Positions 38,701-47,423 of a stretch of DNA of 64,000 nucleotides are shown piece after piece (the stretch's first letter is position 1; every line of letters begins with the position of its first letter). The notes under the pieces were generated by a model. It was not told where the DNA came from and did not search any database. It saw nothing but the letters and a program-made list of their open reading frames with translations. Made by a program: the position numbers and the translations under genes. This stretch comes from an archaeon (GTDB taxonomy: Archaea > SpSt-1190 > DYHY01): the NCBI GenBank assembly GCA_037442745.1, contig JBBIPP010000003.1, positions 38,692-102,691 of the forward strand. Direction: 5' to 3'.

Positions 38701-39256
38701 GGACTATCTTCCCCCCTCTTCCCTGGAAAAACCGATTGAGAGAATCAAGCACAGGCTAGGGAAAGAGGGCCAATATGAGGGGATGTGGTATACCCACGAG
38801 ACATCAAGCATATTGAACGGGACGTCAATAACAAGATACCGCTTCCTGGGAGCAATGGTCGAGAAGGTTACCGAGCAATTGGAACTGGCGGAGAGGGTGC
38901 TTGCAGTTAACGAGCACGACGTTGCCAACCTGGTTCTCTCAACGCACTTTATCCGTGACATCAAGGGGAATATGAGAACCTTCTGCCGGCAGTCCTTCCG
39001 GTGCATCAAATGCAACGCGAAATACAGAAGGGTCCCCCTTGCCGGGAAATGCATGAAATGCAAAGGAAAACTAGTCCTGACAGTCCACCAAGGGACGATT
39101 GAGAAATATCTCGAAGCCTCGAAGAAAATCTCCGAGAAATACAACGTTCCTCCGTATATGAAGCAAGAATTATTGATTCTTCAGAAAAGGCTGTCCGCGA
39201 TGTTTGGGAAGGAGAACCAGAAGGGGTTGGACGAGTTTTTTGGGAAGGTTTGTTGA
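35702..39256 (+). CDS. polC: DNA polymerase D large subunit DP2
   Basis: GPIRSAGGT, GGFRLRYGRSR, RMGRPEK, LAPHTSAG, AKRRDCDGDED and C-terminal Zn fingers; no intein. Confidence 0.97.
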   Translation: MADEIKLPASSKGINSYFRAIEEEVNREYSIAKKAREACLDPTNRVEIALASDAAARVEGLLATIYPSFENSGLAERIRELEKKFGKGSERISLQISQDVFEERFIKFPTIEERIEAGVRVGMGHLTLGIVTAPLEGITKVITKPSRSGGKYVSIYFSGPIRSAGGTAAAFAVLIADFLRKKAGFSEYDPDESELERYVAEIDDYDTRIVNLQYRIKGDEVRFLVRHIPVEISGDPTEEDEVIAFKDLPRIETNRIRGGMCLVVSSIGQKSTKLIKRIKSYGEEFNLTNWLFLEEYEVLKKKLNSVDSEKVQAEKKADGPEQKLVPNFAFMEDVPGGRPIFSFPSTPGGFRLRYGRSRNTGFSTDGIHPATTAALSDFIAIGTQLKIERPGKGSTAVPVDSIEPPTILLTSGEVVRVEDPKVVRELLTSKKIKEILFIGDILVSYGDFVSNGHKLVPVGYTEEEWIGELRKSIELGGFVPETASQFIEISTLRFLEILESPRSIAFSEAVQIGTKMKIPLNPKYIYFYHRVSPENIRSLAKAIADSGNNPTLKIENKPELKRPLELMCFPHKLGPDGRITASEEDGRALIFTFGLESDRDAIFQAPEEDETALSLLNKVSKLKIKDKGGTYIGARMGRPEKAERRLLDGRPQVLFPVGQAGGRLRSVNEAAKTIYNAPVAYRICSTCGKRNIFLKCACGGETTQKRVCAICQKITDEPVHCNVPTGFSTMADISLEKHIKTAEAKLNERVPSLIKGVRGLSSKYKIPERIEKGVLRAKNNLFVNKDGTIRFDSTDLPLTHFKPKEIGTKVETLLKLGYDKDVDGKPLSSDDQILELKPQDIILSDFEDTKRQIMSGADYFVRIANYVDELLVKFYGLEPYYNILTKEDLAGHLVIGLAPHTSAGIVGRLIGFNKARAGFAHPMFHAAKRRDCDGDEDSVLLLMEALLDFSREFLPSTRGSSTMDVPLVLTTILDPAEVDDQVHELDIARVYPTELYDKSRDYLPPSSLEKPIERIKHRLGKEGQYEGMWYTHETSSILNGTSITRYRFLGAMVEKVTEQLELAERVLAVNEHDVANLVLSTHFIRDIKGNMRTFCRQSFRCIKCNAKYRRVPLAGKCMKCKGKLVLTVHQGTIEKYLEASKKISEKYNVPPYMKQELLILQKRLSAMFGKENQKGLDEFFGKVC

Positions 39257-39269
39257 GAAGAAAGGAGTT

Positions 39270-40280
39270 TGACGCAAGCACGGAATTGCCCTGTCCTAAA
39301 GGGTCCGCCGAGGCAGAACAAGAAATAAAGGACAGCCAAACTTATTCTCTATGTTGTTTGCGTTTCCCGAAGGATTACCCGGAGGAGACTATTTGAAATC
39401 AGCTTATCCCGACAAACCTTGTTTAGAGACGAATCCGCGGGGCGGGACAACCAATCTTGTAGAAAACCCGTTTCTTCAAGTCTCCAAACAGGGCAAAAAT
39501 CCATTCAAAAGATACAAAAGATAAACCCCTATTTGGCCAGAGTTTTTGATTAGAATAACGGAAAATCACAGAAACGCGTTTAAAAAACGAATAATTAGGC
39601 GTATTGGTGTTGGACGAATATTTCAATAATGCGTTTGCTTCCAAAATAGCGCCGGTTGTCGGGCGCTCAAGCAAGCCAACTATCCTGAACGCGATTTGTT
39701 CCCAATAAAGTATTTAGATAAAACAAGGCTCAAAAGTCTCGTGGATTATTTTTCGAAATCAAAATGTTTGGGCTTCTCCAAATTGAAAGAAGAAAATATT
39801 TACCACGCAAAAAGCCTCCCGGGCTACGACAGGGCGACAGAATTCATTGACAGGCATTTTTCCGATGAGAAAATAACGGCACATCCCTTGGGAAATTGAA
39901 CCAGACAGGAAACACAGCGTCCCACACCGGTCGATTTTCATTCCGGAAACCGGAGAATTTGTCTGCGTTGCGGTCTTCGGCCTTATGACCTAAAACAAAT
40001 CTGCAAAATAGGCTTTCGCCACAAACCCAAGTTCTGGGGACAGATCCTCGCATCCGAAGAAGCAAGGCGCATAATTGAATATGCATTCGCCTCTCCGAAA
40101 GCAAAAGAGCAATTTTCAGGAACAGTCCGAAAAACGACAAATCCCGGAACTCGCCGAAAAACCTTGTATTTGAATTCACCCAAGAAGAATTCCACAAGCA
40201 AACTAGGCCAACGCATTCTTCACGTATCCAGAAAAACACCGAATTCCAAGAAATTTTATTTTGTCAGTCAAACAGCTCCT
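39270..40280 (+). pseudogene. ORF-poor 1-kb stretch, probably a decayed gene or genes
   Basis: Short plus-strand segments broken by stops and frameshifts, one wHTH-like (TAKLILYVV..ITRRRLFE.SLSRQTL). Confidence 0.3.
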
Positions 40281-40289
40281 CCAAGAAAC

Positions 40290-41117
40290 TCAAGCAGGAT
40301 TCTTCTCAAAGAGCCTCGCCCCCTTCGCCAAAGCCAGAGCAGAAAAAATCAGCGCGTTCACAATAACAACCGTTCCCGATGCCGCGAAATCGAACCTATA
40401 TGCGACAACAAGCCCACAGATTACCGAGAAAATGGCAATCCCCGCAGAGAAAAAGAGCGTCTTTTTGAAACTGGTCTTTAGCTGAAGAGCTGAGCTTGCC
40501 GGGAGTATTATCAGGGCAGATGCCAGAAGAATGCCGACAACCTTCATTGAAATTACAATCGTCGCGGCAGTGAGAAGGACAAGAAGGGTGTTCAATGCTC
40601 CGACCTTTATCCCGCCAACCTTTGCCGACTCTTCGCTGAACGTCAGGTAGAAAAAGTCCCAATAGAACAGGAGAAGGATTGCCATTACGGCAGTCGCAAG
40701 GGCAACAGAGATTGCCATTTCGGACGCTTTTATCGCAAGAATGCTCCCGAAAAGATAGCTCATTATGTCAACATTCAGACCGTTCGCTGCGCTGGCAATG
40801 AAAATTCCTATCCCAAGGCTTACGTGGCTCACAAGCCCAATTGCATTGTCGCTTTGGAGGCCGGCAGAATCCTTCAGCTTCAATATCCCAAGAGCCCCCA
40901 GAAAGGCGAATAGAAGAGCGGAAACGACCGGATTTATTCCGAACAAAATCCCTGCCGCGACCCCCCCGAAAGATATGTGCGCGAGGCCGTCCCCTATCAT
41001 CGAATACTTGCGAAGGACGAGGAAGGTTCCTAGAAACGAGCAGGCAATTGCAACGAAAATCCCCGTCACAAAAGCCCTCTGCATGAAAGGATAAGAGAGC
41101 ATTTCAATAAACATCAT
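40290..41117 (-). CDS. znuB: Zn/Mn ABC transporter permease
   Basis: FMQRA, GDGLAH, YLFGSIL, VGILL and ASG. Confidence 0.93.
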   Translation of the reverse strand: MMFIEMLSYPFMQRAFVTGIFVAIACSFLGTFLVLRKYSMIGDGLAHISFGGVAAGILFGINPVVSALLFAFLGALGILKLKDSAGLQSDNAIGLVSHVSLGIGIFIASAANGLNVDIMSYLFGSILAIKASEMAISVALATAVMAILLLFYWDFFYLTFSEESAKVGGIKVGALNTLLVLLTAATIVISMKVVGILLASALIILPASSALQLKTSFKKTLFFSAGIAIFSVICGLVVAYRFDFAASGTVVIVNALIFSALALAKGARLFEKNPA

Positions 41118-41881
41118 TCCCCCTCCCCCTGAACAGACCTGTCAAGGCACAAGGCGTGCTGGTGCATCTGCTTGTCGTGCCCCTTGTCGCGGGCGCAAAA
41201 CTCCGAGTGCGTCCCGTAGAATTCCATCCTCTGGTTGAGATATGCTATTTTGTTGACATGCCCGGTTATCTTTCCCGTATCGTGCGTGACTAGGACTATT
41301 GTGAGTCCCCTTTTATTGAGGGACCCGAGAAGGGAGTAAAAGCTCTTTTGGGTTGCCGGGTCTATTCCAGTTGTCGGCTCGTCAAGAAAAAGAAGCTCTG
41401 GGGAATAGACGAGCGCCTTTGCTATCATTACCCTCTGTTGCTGGCCTCCCGAGAGCTCGCCTATCCTGCTCCCGGCACGCTTTTCCATACCAACAAGCTT
41501 CAGCGCCCTGATTATCAGCTTCTCATCGCCCTTGGCGAAGGATTTCGGGAACTTTTTTGCGGGAACAAGGCCGGTAAAGACAATCTCCCTCACAGTTGCA
41601 GGAAAGGAAGGGTCTATTGCGGTCGCTTTTTGCGGGACATATCCTATCCGCGACCAATCCGAAAAGGAATCCAGGGGCTCCCCGAAAAGAAGTATTTTCC
41701 CTCTGGAAGGGGGGATTATTCCCAAGAGGAGCTTTAGCAAAGTCGTCTTTCCGGACCCGTTCGGCCCTATTAGCCCGACGAAATCCCTCTTGAGGATTTC
41801 AAAGGAAACATCAGAGATTGCTGAGCTGTTCCCATATCCGAAAGACAGGCCAATTGCCTCAATTATTTTTCTTTTAGACAT
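41114..41881 (-). CDS. znuC: Zn/Mn ABC transporter ATPase
   Basis: GPNGSGKT, IGYVPQ, LSGGQQQR, LDEPT, VTHD and His/Cys tail. Confidence 0.93.
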   Translation of the reverse strand: MSKRKIIEAIGLSFGYGNSSAISDVSFEILKRDFVGLIGPNGSGKTTLLKLLLGIIPPSRGKILLFGEPLDSFSDWSRIGYVPQKATAIDPSFPATVREIVFTGLVPAKKFPKSFAKGDEKLIIRALKLVGMEKRAGSRIGELSGGQQQRVMIAKALVYSPELLFLDEPTTGIDPATQKSFYSLLGSLNKRGLTIVLVTHDTGKITGHVNKIAYLNQRMEFYGTHSEFCARDKGHDKQMHQHALCLDRSVQGEGE

Positions 41882-41888
41882 TCAATAC

Positions 41889-43283
41889 TCATTCGCAATT
41901 CAAGGCAGTCTTAAGGCTTTCCAAATTTCTTTCCATTAGGGAAACAAAAGTAGCCCCGCTCTCGAGTTCCGATTTCATCAGGTTGTGTCCCGGGTTGAAA
42001 ACCAGAATCTTCGCTCCTGTCTCCTCAGCAATTGCCCCGGCAAGCCGTGGGCTAACCAACTCCTCGAAGAGTATATGAGAGGCTCCGCTTTCCCTCATCT
42101 CGTCAACAAGCTCTTTCATTTTTCCGGGAGTTGGTTCGCTATCAGGCGATATCCCGTAAGCTGAATGAAAAGTCAGGTTGTATTTGTTCGCAAGATAGGC
42201 ATATGCGTTGTGCCCTCCGGTAATGAACGTCCTTGTCTTGCATCCGGAAAGGCTCTCTGAATATTTCTCGTCAAGTGCCCTTAGGGCTTGGGAATATTCC
42301 TCTGCCCGCCAAGCGTAGTATGAGGCGCCCTCTTTGTCGACTTTTGAGAGCTCTTCCGCAAAGGCAATTGCAAGGCTCGCATAGTTTTCAAAGTCGAGCC
42401 AGAAATGCGGGTCATATTCCCCGTGATGGTGGCGATGCCTTTCTGCGGTTTCAGGCTCAGTCACTGTCGGCTCGACATCGTTATTACCAGAATCCTTGAA
42501 GAAGTGTTCCTTTCCCTCGAACTCTGTCGGCATGTGCTCTGTGAAGAAAGCGTAATTGCCGTCCTTTTCAATTACAACGGGGAACTTTGTTTCGTCTTTT
42601 GAGCCGTCAAATTGCAGGAGATATGCAGTTTCTTTCGGCGCAAGAGCCTCACCACCCGCCATTTCTAAGGGCTCAGAAGCAATCAGCTCTTCCGCCCTCG
42701 CTTTGGCAGATTTCAGGTCGTCCGATTCCAATATCACCATTTTCATTGCAGGGTCTGCGTAATTTCCATCCACTTTTGAAAAGGACAATTCATATGTTCC
42801 TGCCTTGAGCCCAAAAAGCCCCGCCCATTCAAAGGAATGCCTTTCCACCTCCGCCGCTTTATGCTCGTGTGAATGCCATTCTTCTCTCTCGGCCGATTTC
42901 AAAAGACTCACTTTTGAGCTAGCGTCAACAAGCAAAAGCTTTCGGTTGCCCGCCCCTTCGACAATATCGTGCGCCCAGGGCTCCATTCCGGCCCCTACAT
43001 AGAAGAACACATCGGCCTTGTTTATTTCAACTATGTCCGAGGGCTTTGGTTCGAAAGTATGGGGCTCGGCTCCCGGAGGGAGGAGAAGAGAGACGGAAAC
43101 CCTCTCGCCGCCAACCTGCCTCCCAAGTTCATAGAGCGGAAAGAGCGTTGCCACAATCCGGGGCTTCTCCTCTTCCCCCCTTTTCGAGCCTTCAGGAAAG
43201 GGAGCCGATGCCTGCCAGGCGAAAATGCCCGCTGAAAGAACAACCAAAACGGCAACTAGAAAGACCAAGGTTCCTTTTCTCAT
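41889..43283 (-). CDS. znuA: Zn/Mn ABC transporter substrate-binding protein with an inserted domain
   Basis: EPHTFEP, DPHFWL, GHNAYAY, EPT and FEE; N-terminal anchor; insert of about 125 aa in the His-rich loop. Confidence 0.9.
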   Translation of the reverse strand: MRKGTLVFLVAVLVVLSAGIFAWQASAPFPEGSKRGEEEKPRIVATLFPLYELGRQVGGERVSVSLLLPPGAEPHTFEPKPSDIVEINKADVFFYVGAGMEPWAHDIVEGAGNRKLLLVDASSKVSLLKSAEREEWHSHEHKAAEVERHSFEWAGLFGLKAGTYELSFSKVDGNYADPAMKMVILESDDLKSAKARAEELIASEPLEMAGGEALAPKETAYLLQFDGSKDETKFPVVIEKDGNYAFFTEHMPTEFEGKEHFFKDSGNNDVEPTVTEPETAERHRHHHGEYDPHFWLDFENYASLAIAFAEELSKVDKEGASYYAWRAEEYSQALRALDEKYSESLSGCKTRTFITGGHNAYAYLANKYNLTFHSAYGISPDSEPTPGKMKELVDEMRESGASHILFEELVSPRLAGAIAEETGAKILVFNPGHNLMKSELESGATFVSLMERNLESLKTALNCE

Positions 43284-43312
43284 TCCAACCCGGCGATGCA
43301 CGTATTTAAAAT

Positions 43313-43331
43313 GCTATTGATTACCATTATC
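43313..43331 (-). promoter_or_regulatory. Fur-family (Fur/Zur/Mur) operator beside the TATA box (43303-43310) of znuA
   Basis: Minus strand GATAATGGTAATCAATAGC matches 16/19 positions of GATAATGATAATCATTATC. Confidence 0.65.
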
Positions 43332-43757
43332 AACAAAGCGACGAAATCAAGAAAAACTCGCCAAAAGGCATCAACCTCCCACAATATAGGGAATCTGGAA
43401 TGGCTCTTCTCCGCCGACCTATTTGAAAAGGCTTCGAGAAAGGACAAGAGCATTGTGATTGCGACAGTCTATCGTTTCTCAGTGATTCTTCTTCCTTCTT
43501 CCTTCTTCCAGCGAAAGCAGTTTCTCACAGGAAACGACCATTATTGCCAAGACAGTGACTATTGCCAAAGCAATTGGAATTCCGACAGCGGCAATTTCCC
43601 CACGGCAACATGTTCCAATGTCAAGGTGAGAGTCCCTCCCAAAGCGCTATTTCGTTGAACTGTCTTGTATGAAGTCTTTCCCGAAACCTCTTTCGGAAAA
43701 CCGTTGTTGCAAGGGCGCCCGCAGTCGGTGCGCTATAGCACGCCAGTTTTTCCCCTT

Positions 43758-44729
43758 TCACATTCCCAAAACATATGCGAAAATCAACGGAGCGACAATT
43801 GTGGCGTCTGATTCTATAATGAACCTTGGGGTTGTCTTCCCAAGCTTCCCCCACGTTATCTTCTCGTTCGGGACAGCCCCCGAGTAAGAACCATAGCTTG
43901 TTGTGGAATCGCTTATCTGGCAGAAATATCCCCAATATGGAACGTCAACCTTCATGTCCTGCTTAAGGAGGGGAACGACGCAAATCGGGAAATCCCCGGC
44001 AATCCCCCCGCCTATCTGGAAGAACCCGATCTCCGAGCCCTTTGTCTCCTTTGTGTACCAATTGACAAGTTCCTTCATGTAGAAGAGCCCGCTTTTCACA
44101 ATGTTCATGTCCTTTATTTTCCCAATAAGGTTGTTTGCGACGAAAATGTTCCCGTTTGTAGAGTCCTCCCATCCCGGGACGAAGAGAGGAAGCCCCCTCT
44201 CGGCAGCTGCGAGAAGCCAGGAATCTTTCGGGTCTATCTGGTATTCCCCTACCAATTTCCCTGACAGCAAAAGACGATAGAAATACTCGTGTGGGAGGAG
44301 GGGCTCGCCCTTTTTCTCCTGCTCCTGCCAGAGAGCAAGGAGATGTTTCTCAATCTTCCTGAAAGCGACATCCTCAGGAATGCAAGTGTCAGTGACCCTG
44401 TTATAGCCCTCCTCGTATAGGGCTTCCTCGTCCTCGTCAGAGAGGTTCCTGTAGTTTGGCAACCTTTTGTAATGCTTGTTCGCTATCAGGTTGTAGACAT
44501 CCTCTTCAAGGTTCGCGGCAGTGCAGGTTATTGCATGGACCTTGCCTTGCCGTATCATCTCTGCCAAGGTTTTCCCAAGCTCAGCAGTGCTCATTGCGCC
44601 TGCAAGAGTCACCATCATTTTCCCCCCCAGTTCAAGATGTTTTCCGTAAGCCTCCGAAGCGTCAACAACAACCGCAGAGTTGAAATGCCTGAAATTGGTT
44701 TTCATAAAGTTTCCTACAGGTCCTAGCAT
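43758..44729 (-). CDS. Deoxyhypusine synthase-like protein (bacterial-type clade)
   Basis: AGAMSTAELG, NLEED, YNRVTD, GWEDST, IGGG and YSGAVPNEKITWGK (catalytic Lys). Confidence 0.9.
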   Translation of the reverse strand: MLGPVGNFMKTNFRHFNSAVVVDASEAYGKHLELGGKMMVTLAGAMSTAELGKTLAEMIRQGKVHAITCTAANLEEDVYNLIANKHYKRLPNYRNLSDEDEEALYEEGYNRVTDTCIPEDVAFRKIEKHLLALWQEQEKKGEPLLPHEYFYRLLLSGKLVGEYQIDPKDSWLLAAAERGLPLFVPGWEDSTNGNIFVANNLIGKIKDMNIVKSGLFYMKELVNWYTKETKGSEIGFFQIGGGIAGDFPICVVPLLKQDMKVDVPYWGYFCQISDSTTSYGSYSGAVPNEKITWGKLGKTTPRFIIESDATIVAPLIFAYVLGM

Positions 44730-44825
44730 ATTTCGCAAGAGTGCCCAACAACTCCTAAATAAATATTACCCGGAAGAAAATCGTGCTACAATAATTATAA
44801 AAGCGGAGGAAAGTGGCACGATGGG

Positions 44826-45218
44826 ATGGCGCGCATTGCCAGGTTCGGCGTGAGCTTCGACAGGAAGCTTCTCAGGCTGTTCGATTCATTTGTCCGCGCG
44901 AAAGGATACAAGAACAGATCGGAGGCTCTCAGGGATCTTGCGAGGGAGAAACTGCGAAAAGAAGGGGGCAAGGAGCGGCGAGGCATAGTGAATGTTCTCT
45001 TCAACCCGTGCCTTGAGAAGGGAAAGGGGTCAGTAGGCTCAATTGAGACAGGATACAACTGCCTGATAGAGGGAATAACCCGCAAATATATTGACAGGAA
45101 CCTCTGTAGCGACATTATCCATTTCTCAGGGGAGGCGAAGATTGTTGAGAAAATGTCTCAAAGAATAAGGGAAGCTCCCTCGGTAAGGGGATTTAGAATC
45201 GAATTTTTCAAGAAATGA
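44826..45218 (+). CDS. nikR: NikR-like RHH regulator with degenerate nickel site
   Basis: RFGVSFD..LL..FD..GY.NRSEALRDL followed by an ACT-like C-terminus. Confidence 0.8.
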   Translation: MARIARFGVSFDRKLLRLFDSFVRAKGYKNRSEALRDLAREKLRKEGGKERRGIVNVLFNPCLEKGKGSVGSIETGYNCLIEGITRKYIDRNLCSDIIHFSGEAKIVEKMSQRIREAPSVRGFRIEFFKK

Positions 45219-45267
45219 AAAACGACCTGCATTGACTTTCCTCCTCTTCTCTAGGGCTTTTTCGGTC

Positions 45268-45453
45268 TTACAAGCAAAGGCGACCAATGACCAATAATGT
45301 CGCGCCTAGAATAGCCCACCAAACAATATCGGCAACAACAATCCGAATATACCCGCCCCGAGCCAAAAGCCGAACCAATCCAATCACTGAATACAGGCCG
45401 ACAGGAACATTGAGCGGAACTCCGAGAATTACTTCCTTGCGATAAAGAATTTT
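45268..45453 (-). pseudogene. Possible LysE-family exporter remnant
   Basis: Manual translation ILGVPLNVPVGLYSVIGLVRLLARGG..VADIVWWAILG resembles the LysE N-terminus; no start codon, truncated. Confidence 0.35.
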
Positions 45454-45680
45454 TCAGGACAAATCAAAAGCCCTCAGAAAAGCCGGATTCCCGGGAGAAA
45501 TCAGCCCCAAATCATTCGAAGCCGACAACCCTTCACGAATCCCGCATCTGAGAAGAAACTGCCCGGACTATCCCCAAAAAGCGGAAAAAGCGAAATTCCG
45601 GAGAGTGAAAAACCTTTCCAGAATTGATGCCGACGGAATGTGGCAGGTCAGGGACAGGATAAAAGCCAGGGTCAGCTAAA

Positions 45681-46031
45681 TTATTCACTAAGGCTCGTTT
45701 CCTCTCCCTTTGGGGAATCTTCTTCCTTTCCCACATTCCTGATTTTCTTCGCTCCGATTCGAAGAGCCCCGCATTTGGGACAGACATCAACCCCTTCGGT
45801 TTCTTCCCAGCCGAATCCGCATTTTTCAGAGGAACAGTAAAAGACGCCTTTACCCTCTCCCGAGGGCATTGAGTTGCACCGCGGGCATTTCAAGCCTTCC
45901 CTCAGTTCCCAGCCCCACCCGCACGACTTGTTCGAACAATAGACCATCCCGAATCTCAAGCGCTCCTTCTGCCTGACACGCTTTGCCTGCGCAATTGCGG
46001 CAGAAAGAGGCTTTGTTTTCCGTCTTCCCAT
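45681..46031 (-). CDS. Double zinc-ribbon protein
   Basis: Two repeats of YC-x4-CG[WF]GWE-x5/6-CP-x-C. Confidence 0.75.
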   Translation of the reverse strand: MGRRKTKPLSAAIAQAKRVRQKERLRFGMVYCSNKSCGWGWELREGLKCPRCNSMPSGEGKGVFYCSSEKCGFGWEETEGVDVCPKCGALRIGAKKIRNVGKEEDSPKGEETSLSE

Positions 46032-46079
46032 TGGGGAAAAACAACGGAAACCGGGCTTTTTAATTCATTCCAACAAAGC

Positions 46080-46337
46080 CTATTTCAGGTTCTGCCCATA
46101 TGCGCCCGAATCAAAGTCATATTCGCTCTTGACAGCCCGCTTCTTGAAGAGAACGGAGGCAATGAAGAGGAGGGCAATTCCTATTAGCAAAAGGTCCCTG
46201 GACGCCAAAATTATGGCAACAATGGCCGCAAGGAAGAAGAACGAGACCATTTCCGAGAACTCGTTCGTAATAATTTTCCCGAAGAACATAAAGAAGAAAA
46301 TCATGCCGACAATCAGGAGGAGCCAAATCCATTCCAT
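46080..46337 (-). CDS. Small membrane protein
   Basis: MEWIWLLLIVG.., about 3 TM helices, preceded by an SD-like GGGGA. Confidence 0.65.
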   Translation of the reverse strand: MEWIWLLLIVGMIFFFMFFGKIITNEFSEMVSFFFLAAIVAIILASRDLLLIGIALLFIASVLFKKRAVKSEYDFDSGAYGQNLK

Positions 46338-46421
46338 CAATTCCCCTTTCCGGGCTTGCTTAAAATTACTTTGCCTTTTTATGGCAGTTATAGTTAAAAA
46401 CACTTGATAAACCCTCTTTCA

Positions 46422-47423
46422 ATGGCAAAATCCCTTTCAGGAACAGGCTCCTTAATCGAGAATTTCAAGGGAATTTACGAGAGAAACTACAAGAAATTCT
46501 TCATAATCCCGGCAATTGCAGTAATCTTCTGCCTCGCAGTTCTCGGAATGAACTATCTGGAGACCGGGGAATTCGTTTCCAAGGGAATAGACCTCCGGGG
46601 CGGGACAATAATAACAATTGACGGCGCGTCCTTTTCCTCAGGATCCTTGGACGAAAAAGCCCTCCGCTCGGAAATTTCCGCATCCCTTGCAATCAGGGAA
46701 AGCGAGCTATCAGTCGGGAAAACAACCACCTTTTCCGAAGGAGGAATGAAAATCGCGTCAGTCCATGTCGAAGCCCCGCCAAAAGTGGATTCCACCCTCC
46801 TGATAGCGTCCCTTGAAAGCGCCCTTTTGACCCAAGGGTTCCGGACGAACTCTTCCGAATATAACTTGAAAATTGTGGGGCCAGCAGTCGGAAAAGCTTT
46901 CCTGACAAACACATATATCGCGCTCCTGCTCGGCTTCATTTTCATCGGGGCCGTCATTTTCACGCTTTTCCGCAACACAGGGGGGCTGAAGGAATATGCG
47001 AACAAAAGCCACTTTGTTATGCTGACTGTTATTTCCTGCATTTTCTTCGATTTCCTAGGTGGCCTTGCGGTAATGAACCTCTTCGGGATAAAGTTCGCGC
47101 CCCTTACCTTGGCATCCCTCCTAATGCTTATTGGCTTTTCAATAGACAGCGACATTCTGATAACAACATCCGTCCTGAAAAAGCACGAGGGTCGGCCGGT
47201 AGACCGGGCGTTCTCCGCAATGAGGACCGGAATAACAATGGTTGTCGCGGCTTCCGCAAGCCTTCTCGCTCTCCTATTTCTCTCGGGTTCGACCGCAATT
47301 AGGGACATGACAATAATCCTTCTCGGAGGCCTGATGTTTGACCTCATTCACACATGGTTCACTAACCTTGGAATACTATTCTTCCTTGCCGAGAAATCTT
47401 CCAAGGAGGCAGTCTCCCAATGA
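46422..47423 (+). CDS. secF: Protein translocase subunit SecF
   Basis: GIDLRGGT, VGP, LMLIGFSIDSDIL and D..TWFTN. Confidence 0.93.
   Translation: MAKSLSGTGSLIENFKGIYERNYKKFFIIPAIAVIFCLAVLGMNYLETGEFVSKGIDLRGGTIITIDGASFSSGSLDEKALRSEISASLAIRESELSVGKTTTFSEGGMKIASVHVEAPPKVDSTLLIASLESALLTQGFRTNSSEYNLKIVGPAVGKAFLTNTYIALLLGFIFIGAVIFTLFRNTGGLKEYANKSHFVMLTVISCIFFDFLGGLAVMNLFGIKFAPLTLASLLMLIGFSIDSDILITTSVLKKHEGRPVDRAFSAMRTGITMVVAASASLLALLFLSGSTAIRDMTIILLGGLMFDLIHTWFTNLGILFFLAEKSSKEAVSQ

Noticed and set aside
35702-39256. Intein in DP2 (RtcB and Cdc6 also checked)
   Set aside because: Lengths are normal and motifs contiguous; no splice-junction or LAGLIDADG blocks
43330-43750. ORFs between znuA and the DHS-like gene
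   Set aside because: Short hydrophobic fragments broken by stops; no product can be assigned
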